Assembly (NCBI GenBank): GCA_000934665.2
Contig: KZ538073.1
Coordinates: 1-64,000 of the forward strand
From: Catajapyx aquilonaris
Lineage: Eukaryota
DNA: 64,000 bases
Reading direction: 5' to 3'
In this document: in pieces, positions 53,150-64,000 of the stretch
Layout of the letters: each line of letters starts with the position of its first letter
How positions within the stretch are numbered: the first letter of the stretch is position 1
Notes under the pieces: model-generated
Told to the model about the DNA's origin: nothing
Seen by the model: only the letters and a program-made list of their open reading frames with translations
Databases searched by the model: none
Translations under genes and position numbers: made by a program

Positions 53150-55477
53150 TAGAATAATTAATCAACATAGTAGTAGTTGCTTAATAACCAGCAGTTTAGT
53201 GGAGGAAAAAATTTGTTTAAGTGAAACCATTATTTTAACGTACTGTATATAAATAATGTTAATTCTGGCAATGTGTCCCAAATTATGCCACTTTGCAAGT
53301 GACGTGAGAGAAAGCAAGTTCTGACGTCAGAGCTGTAATTGCGAGCCTGACCAAACTAATAATGCACAACCTGCACATTTGCGAAAGATTTGCAGAGGAA
53401 CCCCCCACCATGCAAAAATAAAATCCTGGCGACTATTAATTTTAACTACCTATTCATTGTTGGCCTCTATATGACAGCCATGGTGCAATACACCTACATA
53501 ACTAGGGTTCCTGGCAGTCTATCTCCAGCATGCCTTTGGCTGGCGAATAAGGGTTGCTTGCATAAGCTGCAATGTCAAGGCTTGGGAAGGCCTCCTCTCC
53601 CCATCACCCTCTCTCATCCCCCCCACCCACCCATACCCCTCACTCTCTCTCTCTCTCTCTCACACTCACATACATCCAACATACATATCCCGGTTGGTAC
53701 GTTGCACACACACCACAGTTCATGCTTATGTATTGCGGCGAGCGGATCCCGCTGCACAAACATCCGGGATAAGCGAATTTTTGCAGGTACTTGCTCATTA
53801 TGTGCTGAAGCGAAAGGAAGTGTGCGAGTGCATGTGTGTAACAGGTGAATCTGCTCATTTTATTCGCAGGGCTGTTGCTGCTTGGTGGAGGCTGCTGGAA
53901 GGTAGGTTGACTGATGTTAATATATTATAACAAAAAAAATAATCATATATTTGCAGACCATATTAAATTAATCCAGTGACCTTCTTCAATTATTTGTAGT
54001 GTTCAGGGTATTGCATGGTCTGTTCCAAGTTATTGACTGTGACACGCGCCGGTGTCAGGTTGCATTGCAGGCCACATTGCTCCGGGCATATGTATAATAT
54101 GCGATTATTCCTGTTATGACCTTGCGAGATTAATGCGCTGCCCATTCCGTGATAAGAAATAACGTATGCTTAGGTACACGTTGTGGGCCACTGCAATAAA
54201 AATTGACTGCATTTAAAAAGCATGTGTCATATCTTCCTACACCATGAAATCCAAAGCATTGTTTTTGTAAAAAATTGTGGCTCCTAGAACTATAGGGGTT
54301 TATCCAGATGTCGCAGACAAGAAATGTACAACTTTGTTATAGTGTCCTTCAACGTCACCGGTTTTATCAACCTGGCGGTACTTTGCAACCGCAGATTGTT
54401 GGTGTTCAGCCAAGATTTGCACAGCTGTTTAAGCAAAAAAAAAGAAGGTGTATACCATTCGCAACATATGTGCTGAAAGAGTGTAGTCAGAAACAATTTT
54501 TGAATATTTTCTTGTTAATGGCAAATTGTCCGACAATTACTCAGTACGTACGAGATAATGCAGTTCGTTTATATGAAATTATTAGCCTCATACCCTCCTA
54601 AGAAGGTGTAAACCTTATGGGGTAACAAACAAACAAACAAAAAAATACAGCAGCCAATTTTCGTATCGCATATAGAATTTGCTCGTACAGTACTTTGAGA
54701 TGGTCAATTTTCTGATAAAAAACTACAGTAGAGACAATGTAAAAGACCATAAGGAATGATACAGTTTAAAAAAATATTTTAACGTACATACATTATTCCA
54801 CTGCGAATTTTCTTGCATTTCATATGGCCTCGTCCAGTTCGATTTAAAAAAAATTGCACGAATTAAGATAACGCCCTTATCTTCAAATATACCTGATTAA
54901 ATTGTCGAGATAAACCCGAGTCGTTGCTCTATCGATTAAATTATTTGGCCATGCAGCAAAATGTCCCTCTTAAAATATTGCTCTGGGCCCATCAGTTGCT
55001 GCAAAAGTGAGTGGGGTGAACGACCCTTCCTTGCTTTGTCCCGTCTTATTTTGGCCAGCATTGAACAGATGTTTGGGATATGCCTCATAAAAAAATTTCC
55101 ACCTGCCATAATATCCCTTGGTAACAACATAACTCTGTAGGGCAGGTTCCAATTTGAGTTGCTACGCTGCGGGAATGTATTGAAAATGTACCCCCCCCCC
55201 CNCCCCCCCTCCCCATCTCTGGATAGGCCCAATGCCCCCTACTAAAACCACAGGATCGATGTGGGCATGTGCGATGGGAGAATCAGCTGACGAGTCCTCC
55301 AGAGTCGGCGCGGGTTGTTTTCTCCTCTCCGTCATACCCCACCCTGTACTACCCCGCCCAGAAAAAGGAACCCTCCCCACAGCACACACTAACTCTCACC
55401 CAGCAGGCCACACTTTTCTTTCTTCCGCACTTTTTAATTTTTGCCTGTCTTCAATCGTATATAACCACCCAGTGCGA

Positions 55478-58400
55478 ATGGGCTTTGCAGAGTACGAGGA
55501 GCCTAGGGGGGTGACGTCGGCGGATCAGAAGTGCAAGAAATGTCCTGAGAAGAGCTGGCATTGCCCGCAGAGGATGATCATATCGGAGGCACCGTCGAGA
55601 AGGTCGGAGGAGGAGGAAGAGGAAGATATGGAGAATGGACTTGGGATCACCTTCCAACCTGCCAACGACATCCCGATCATCCCTGGGAGTGAGATGCTCG
55701 ACCTCACCCAGCAACAGAATGGGATCGATAGCAACATGAGCAAGGCGGTCTTCCAGATAGGGCCATCCAACAATAGTGTGCTGGAGGATGAATGTAATAA
55801 GGTAGTGCCAACAACACAGACGGTGAGCAATGGGATCGGCAATGGGATCACCAATTGCAATAGTAGCAGCAGTCTTCAAGTGATTGTGCCTCCGAGTGGT
55901 GGTGTGGTGGTTAGCAATGGGGTGTCACCAGCCAGGACTCAGAGCATACGTAAAAGTGCCTTGGGTGACAGGTCGCATTCGATTAGAAGCAAGAGTGGTG
56001 GTGGTGGTGGTGGTGGTGATGGGGGAGAAAAAGCGAGCCTCGTGTCCTTCCAAACTGCCAGGAGGACAGATATTCCGCACAAGAATAGAGATGGTGAGTT
56101 GCGCTATTTGTATTTGTCTAGTCATATATGTCAACCCGGAAATTGCATATCAAGGGCTCTTCCTGGCAACCAAATTACGGGGTGGTCTAAAACGTTTGGA
56201 GAATATTTTTAGGTTCTGTTTAGTTTAAAAAAGGGATTGGGCATGTCACCCGGAAGCTGTGTTGCATCAGAATCTATAGCGTCCAAAAATAATTTTAAAA
56301 AGACATAAATCCGGAAGAGCCGAAATAATTTTAAGGACAATACCGGAAGCCGTTTTAATGCATTTTTATGCCGTTTCATCCTCTTAATGTGTATACCCGG
56401 AAGTTACAGGACTAATTACGTCATCATCCAAATAATTGTTTTCACAACAATACCGCTACTTTTGGTGTTTTTTTTTGTCTAAATTTTCATTCTTCAGTAA
56501 CATGCCTGCGATAGTTTTCAAGAAAGACTCTAACTGACAGATCATATTATCTGAGCGTACAATATTTTCTCAATATAATTTCTTCTAATAATATTATTCA
56601 AAATGAGCTTGATGAACATTTTGCAAGATTTAAACAAATGTGACTTGTGCATTTCCAATGGTAGATTCGTCTGTGCATATTATTTTGCTCAGCAGTCACT
56701 CGGTCATTTCTTCCAATATTATTACAAATTATCTGGAAAATTTTGTCGTTTTCGACACTGTCCAACTAACATTTTTTTAAATTAATTTAAAAACCCTGAT
56801 TACTCATTATGTGTGGGACTGGAGTTACCTCGCTCTTATTGGAGCTTATATTTCACCCTTTCATTTTAAGTTTACACGTGCTAAGCTGTGCCTGATTGCA
56901 GCCATCTGGTTACCAATAACCTACGCAGAAACACATTATATAACTAGCCATTTAGCGAGAGATACGTGATGATTGTGCTTTTCTTAACGCATTTCAAACG
57001 ATAGCGTGACATACCCTCAAAAACACTTGAAGTACCATCAAAACCTAGCGTGCTTCCTTTTTAATCATGTTTGCCCAGAGTTGAACGACCTCATTGCTTC
57101 CAAAAAATGGCTGCCCTCAAGAAAATCCAGTGATGACTCACTGTAAATTTTTTTTGCGCGCGTCATTGCATCTGGAAGATTTTCTCTCGAGGGGTAGTTT
57201 TTTGAACGCCTACTTGATCCCCTGCGAGCACTGTAATCATCACAATTTTCTCCTCGTATATATATATTTTTTGTGTGTGTCTGTTGTCTGTTGCTCTTTT
57301 CTCTTGAGGTGAGGCTCCCCATCATAATTTCCTTTGGGTAGTCCCATGTCCTGTTTGCCCTCTACCTGAGCAACAACACCTGCACATCAGAGAGTCAGGC
57401 ATCCCCCCCCACCCTATGCAGGGTTTATTTGCCGCAGGCTTCAAACATACCAGTCACGGAAACTTTGCCCACATCATACTTTGTAGGCCAGTGCGGATCA
57501 ATCCCTGCCATATTGCAGTAGTTATGCAGTAAACATTGTTCACAAACGCATTTCGCAATTACAATCCGGATAATAATTATCCGGATTGTAATTGCGAATG
57601 TAACGAAAAATTATTGTTAACAAAACACACAATTAATCTGAAGGGTAATGGCAATGTTAAGTGGGGTTTTTTGAAAAGGTAATGTGTAACTACCTCGTTG
57701 TGAGACGAACCCATTTTGCGCAAGGAGGTTTTAGTGTGATCGATTGAATCTCCTCACACGGGTCGGGGGGCAATAAATGGGAAAGCCCCGGACACTTCTT
57801 CCAGGGAGGGTGACTGGAATACAATAGATATGGCCTCAAGTCAACTGGAAAGAGCGGATTATAGTGAGGACAAAAATTGCTTTTTTGTTTCGCCATTGGC
57901 GCATTAAATGGATGACTGCTGGAAACAAATATATAGGAGCTGTATAGGGCGTTTCCAATCCAATATGAAAGGTCTATTCGTTTTTACGAGCTTTTTCAGG
58001 CAGTAATTCGCCGCAATATCACATCCGTCAGGCCAATTATAAATTATAGCCTAGTTTAATCCATTGGCAATATGAACTATTTTTTGGGGCTATTACGGTT
58101 AGCCAGCTGGAGCGCATATTACGACCAATAATGTCGACAGGTTTTACTGCACCTGCATTAATATTTTATTAGTATACAACAAGTTTCACAATTTTTGCAA
58201 TAAGCTTTACAGAATTTGCTTCTTAAATTTTTTACATTCCCTCGTTTGTAGTTTTTGCAATGAAAATATACAATTAGTTCAGTCTTATCAGACATTATTC
58301 AATGTGTACAATTTGCTCATTTGCATTTTTCTGCATTTATTCTTCTGTAACTGTCTACATGTATTATTGCAATTTTTGTACTTGTTTTTAAAATAGCACA

Positions 58401-61400
58401 GTAGGGCGTAGCTCAATTTACAATGAAAGCGACGGAAGGTGCTTTTCTTTTTCTTGATTCTAAAAATGAACCCTCTCATATAGTGCTTGCTTATTAGAAC
58501 TTTCATATTTCGAGATCCTTTTCCTTCCTTGGCTGAATGAATGCACGGATAGGTTATTGGTTTTGGCAAGTAGGTTCCTGAAAGTAGCACATCTTTTGCT
58601 GAGCTCTTCAAGTCTTCATATATATAACCCCCGGTGTGCCACTTTTTTATGAAAGATTTTTTTTTTTTGAAGTAGATTTTTTGGCCAAATCAGGTCACTA
58701 GTAATGTGCATGCTCCAGAAACGCCGTGAAAAATATATTTCTCAGGGGATCCGTCTCATGCATTATAATCTCGTGTTCACCAAATGATAGGATCCAGGCA
58801 TAAAATATTGAATTTATGGAATGAATAGCCTTTTACGTCTTGGGAATTATGACGAAGCAGTACTATCAAAATCGCACCACAAAAGCTCCTGCCAGCTGAT
58901 TCATTTCCTGCCATGTGCAGTACATGGCTTGGAAAATATTTTTTACATATTTATGGCTTGCGTATTAGAATAATGTGCGGTCCTTTTAGTGCGTGGCATA
59001 CATGCCATTGCGAAGGTTGATTGCTCCGAGAGAATGCCTTTCATACAGAGTATGTTCTTATATCGACATGCCTTTTTCAAGGACGTAAAATAATGGGGGA
59101 TATGGACTGTTTTTTTTTGTTCGGTGACATGCCAGACCAATCGGCAGGCAACATGTTTGGAGCTGTAATCACTGATGCGTGGCCTATTTTGCATATTTAA
59201 TGCAATGGACTTGTTTATAGGTGTACACTGTAATAATTAATTTACTTGAAGTACAGCCTTGCAATGTAGTTTGACACGTGCGTCATTCTAGCTACGTGTG
59301 CTTTTAATACTCATCCAGTTAGCATATGACTCACAATATCTAATTAAGTCTTTATCATGTACGTCATTTGTAATTATACTGATTTACTGAGAGGCCACAA
59401 GTATTCAAATCAAATATGATTAACCTGTGTTGTCTGCAGAAATTACTGCTCACTGGCTCAAAAATGAAGCAGATATTATATCCGCGGTACAATAGTTTAC
59501 AATTTTAAATAAAGGCACAGCGCACTTGCGTTATAGTCATTTGTAAGCAATACACAAAACCATATATCAGTTGCATCCGGAATGACGCCATAAAATATAG
59601 ATTTTCATTACGGCCAAGTGGATTCATGTCAATAACGGAATTCACTGAGCACGCTGATATACCATACCAATTATTATTGATTGTGAAATATAAGGTTTAG
59701 CAGTATGTTAATAACTGGGCTTCAGGTTCGGGCCTGAGGCACTGAAAACTAACAAGCTCCATCAATAGATCGATGAATAAATATCAGTTGCACAGTCTGT
59801 TACTGGTACGGTCTGCTCCAAGATCGTCAAACTTGCATTGCGCAAAAGGGGGGGAAAAAACCTCACTGATAAAATTCCTAAGCTCATTTATCTCGTATAC
59901 AAAAATGTGAGTCTACTTGTAAAACAAATGTACGCAGTGTTTATCCGTTTCTCCGAAAGCTTCATGGTAAATATTTTTCTGCAGTTCAAGGAACATGATC
60001 ACATATTTACTGGAGTAATGTGCTCGTTTTACACACATCCGGAAACTCAACCAGCTGTTATAAACTTCCCACATGCCTCGACTCCAGTTAACGCCCACAT
60101 CCTGCAGGATGAAACCTTAGCTCGAATTCCTAGAAACACACAGTCATTATGCGAATGGGATACAACACGCACGTAATAACTGCATTTCGCGTATTAACTT
60201 TTGAATTGTTTATAGCTCGCGGAATAATAGCGGTAATTACATCGCACTGTGCGGGTAGGATATGCAGAGCTACATTAAACTCAGTTCATTGTTTTCGGGT
60301 TAATCTGTTTAATGCCTACCACACCCTGTTGATGTCCCGATTCTGTAAATTGCTACTAGTTAGTTGCCTATTGCGTGTACCAACCTGTGCATCGTGTCGG
60401 TACCATTTTGTTTCAGGTACAGAGGAGCCTGAACCCGAAGAGTATGACCTGGTATGCCCCGATGGCGGTTGGGGTTGGCCTGTGCTGGTAGGTGCCACAT
60501 TGGTCAACGTCCTGATCCCTGGCATGATCAAATCCTTCGGAGTCCTTTTCGTCGAGTTTCTGGAGGTTTTCCAGGCCTCTCCAGCAGCTGCTTCCTGGAT
60601 TCCAGCTCTCAGCTATTGGCTATACAGCTCTTGTGGTAAGGACTTCTTACTTCCGCCTCGCTCTCTGCTGATCGCAACTGACCAATAAGCGGAGGCGTGT
60701 GCACGCTGGTACGACACTGGAGCCTTATTGCATTGTACTCCATACATTACACCTGTTGCGCATCAGGCTCCAGTGACGACCGGACGACATGACGGACGTT
60801 TCCTTGTTGTTTATTTATTTACAAATTTTTATTCCTCCTAATACCTCGCACTGTATTTTTTTTTTCTTCGACTTGTTCACACTACCTGCCTGTCTCTCCG
60901 TAGTGTATTTTTGCAGGTACTCCAACATGGCAAATAAATAAAACATTGGTTTTGTTTCTCTCTCTCTCCTCTCCCGGGTAGAGCAGCGCCCAAAAGGAAG
61001 GCCTCCGGACAAGGAGTTGGGAGGTTGGGCTCCTTCCGATGCAAAGGAATAAAAGGAATAAGTGAGGCCCCGTCACTGTATTGGGGGCAATGAGGAAGAT
61101 GACCCGCACGGTGAGAAAGATTGGGGGACAAAAAAAAATATAGGCTAAAAAAAAACGAACGGAAATACGAACAGAATAAATAAGGAACACAGTACCGGAC
61201 TAATTGACTTGGACAAATATTTTATGTTAGTGACAGGACCGTGACTTGACAATGGAGGCGTTTACATGGTACAGGAGTAAACTGGATCTGGTTTAGATCA
61301 GGTTCGGTTTACTTGGGATTGTGCAAATTGTCTCAAATGATTGTTAGGGATGACGTTGAATGGATGGGGAGAGTGTGGCATTGTGTTTCACATTAGACAA

Positions 61401-63961
61401 GTACTGACGGACTTGTTTTGTTTGATTGCAACATTTTGACCAAAAAAAAAAGGTGTGAGACACAGAGTGAGAGAACCCGTCGTGTCTGGCAGCGTGATTG
61501 CATGACTCTGATCCCTTTGGGTATTTCTGGAAGGAAATTAAAACCCTTAAAAGTGTCCAACCAATATTACCTGACCGTTGGGGACATTTTTTTTTATTCA
61601 AAAAAAAAAGGTTCGTCATCAGCTTTTGGCAGCAGAAACAGGCAAGTTTTCTATTTCCCATATTTTTTTCTCCCAAGCCCTCTGAACTTATCCTTGTGTC
61701 AAATCCAGCACGTGTGACAGATTCAGTGTGTCTGTGGAAGGACGAATGAATGAACGGGGGTCAACAAATGAGGTCAGGTTGGGGTATGGGCAAAGACAAA
61801 AAGGCCATGACCCAGGTAAAACCCTTTGGTTCAAATTCACTTGACATTTCTGGACGCTTGCTTCTTCTTTTTTTTTCCTTCGATAAAAAAATGTAATAAG
61901 CAATCGGAATTTTGCATCGCGTTTTGAAATGTCATTTTGAATGTTAGTTTCTAATCAAAGTTTGGATGGGAGCAAATTTCGGGCAAAGGAAAAATTCCTT
62001 CGACAACAAAAATCAGGTAGATATGAAGAAACTTGTTTGTTTGTTGGTGCATTGTTGCTTAATCCATTTTTGCGTCGGTGGAGTTGAGGTGAGGGCCCGT
62101 TTAGGTTGAGGAATTAATAATTTTTATTCGTTCTTTTTGGTTATATATATACTGTGGCGATTTTCCCAAAGTTTGATCCACCGAACGTCAAGTATTCACA
62201 GATAATTTCTTTCCAGTTTCATGCATGAAATGTTCTCTAAATTACGACTGATTGCAGATTTTGTAGGAAGCAACATCGGTTTACTAATGGCTCCTTTTAT
62301 TCTCAGGAATAACAAATTGTTTCAGGGGTATTTGTGCATCAGTAATTTTTCCAATTTTTTTTTCTTGCACAAATATTAATTGTAGAAATCGTTCGAACCT
62401 TGAAGAAGGAGAGGGATATAATAAGATGAGGCTAATATTTTTAAAAAAATCTTTCTCTGGTAACAAAACAAAAAATTAGCGCAATTTGTCGATTTTCATT
62501 TACGTCTCTTGTCCTTCAAGGTCCAATGTTTTCATTGAATGAAAAACACTTGGAATGAGAGGGATCGTTGCTTTTTCTTTTTTTTTGATTAAAAAAAAGA
62601 AAGAAAAAAGTGACGACTCTTAACATATTTCGAGTGCCTTTAAAATTGATTTGTGTTCGATTTTTCCGTAGCTCCCTTTGCTAGTGCCCTTTCCATCCGG
62701 TTTTCGCATCGCTCGGTCACCATAGTTGGAGGCTTTTTGGCAACTTTTGGGCTGGTTCTAAGTTACTTTGCCGATTCCATTCCCTTCCTCTATGTAAGGT
62801 AAGACTACTGGTTCTCTTGACTTCACAATGTTGGCATTTCAAAGCATCATAGTTATTTTTATTTTAAATATATTCTGTGTAAAAAAAAAGATTTTATATT
62901 GCTATTATTCGTATACGTCCGTAGCATATGTCTCTTGTAGTTTACCATTTTGGCTATTGTTAGAAAATACATTGTTCACAGTGTCGCTTTTTTATGCATA
63001 TGTCACTACTTTCTCTTCTAATAATATCGCCTCTAATAATAATTCGCCGCTTTAATTGCAAGGAATATTAGTAGGCTATTTCAAGGCGTCGCATTGTAGT
63101 CTATTACGTAACCAGTTGAGTTTGCGCACGTATCTCGTTCCTGGCGGTTTTAATCACACAGGGGCATCTGCAGGTGAAGAAACAGTTTCCCAATATACAG
63201 TCTATGCACACTTATCAGCTTCCGTCATATACCCAAGTTCATTTCATTCGTGTCTTTCAACACACCGACAAACTATAGGGCCAAAATGTTTTATCATGAT
63301 TCGTAGCTGTTTCCATATTACAGGACATTAACAAATATGGAAGTTAACTGTAATCTCATCAGCGACATATATAAAGCAGAAAGTTTGTTGGTATTTATGT
63401 ATATGTAAGGCTATCTAACCCACTTCCGGAGTACTGATATTCATGAAACTTGTCACACTGAGTTCTTACGTGCCACTGATTTAGAGACAAGTCCGAAAAC
63501 TGAATTTTTGAGTCTAAACACCTAAAATATTTTTTAGGACTCATAGATACAAGCTGTTGTATAGGCGTCGAACTAATGTTACACTATGATTAGTCAATAA
63601 GTGCTGTGATATGTGTTAGTGCACGACAATATTTTGCTGCTGAAGTACGCTTTGGTGATGTGGCTGGAGAGGAACTTTGTTTTGTCGTGACCCTGCCATG
63701 AACCATTCTGCACTCTGTGTTTCCCCCTGAGGTGCTATACCCTTGTCCCTTTTACCCGTACCCTAACAACCACATTTACAGTTATGGTCTGATCGGCGGG
63801 TTGGGAGCGGGACTGGGCTTCCCACCTGGAGTGTTCCTGGTTGGAAACTACTTTGATCGTCTCAGAGGACTGGCCAACGGTATCTGCACCTCTGGAAGCG
63901 CCATGGGAGCTGTGATAATGCCTCCTCTTCTGCGGTACCTCATAGCAGAGTACAGCTACAG
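55478..63961 (+). CDS. Monocarboxylate transporter (SLC16/MCT, MFS), 5' part; continues beyond the window
   Basis: Exons 55478-56093, 60417-60635 (CPDGGWGWPVLVG..IKSFGVLF), 62672-62798 (APFASALSIRFSHRSVTIVGG) and 63782-63961 (SYGLIGGLGAG..YFDRLRGLANGI..GS.MG). Splice phases are consistent; start codon uncertain. Confidence 0.9.
57552..57598. repeat. Perfect 47-bp palindrome in MCT intron
   Basis: TTCGCAATTACAATCCGGATAAT-A-ATTATCCGGATTGTAATTGCGAA (23-bp arms, 1-nt spacer). Confidence 0.9.
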
Positions 63962-64000
63962 GTACGATCTGACACTTTTGGGTTTAGTCTGACAGATCAT

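Noticed and set aside
48100..55200. Short ORFs in the long AT-rich interval before the MCT gene
   Set aside because: No recognisable motifs or consistent splice patterns; probably 3' UTR, intergenic DNA or MCT 5' intron.
55191..55214. Poly-C tract as a regulatory element or G-quadruplex
   Set aside because: It contains an N, so length and sequence are uncertain, and nothing else supports a function.

Overview
Eukaryotic (animal) genomic DNA, most likely an arthropod, judged from a divergent ionotropic receptor, NRF-6-like genes and short GT-AG introns. The region is gene-dense. In order along the window: RTE-type LINE fragments and a solo LTR; a disrupted ionotropic receptor (IR) pseudogene split by a LINE; USP39 (-) head-to-head with mRpL23 (+); three tandem NRF-6-like acyltransferase genes (-) with a co-duplicated mRpL23 pseudogene fragment; CCT5 (+); a UBR1/UBR2 N-recognin (-) with a complete Gfo/Idh/MocA oxidoreductase gene (+) nested in one intron; NDUFB8 (+); a C16orf87/UPF0547 homolog (+); and the 5' part of an SLC16 monocarboxylate transporter (+). 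Several MITEs, palindromes and a minisatellite lie in non-coding DNA. I see no CRISPR array, rRNA, tRNA or prokaryote-type system. The most unusual items are the nested oxidoreductase, the in-frame IR-LINE fusion and the mosaic NRF-6 array. Gene names come from recognising motifs by eye; no database search was run.
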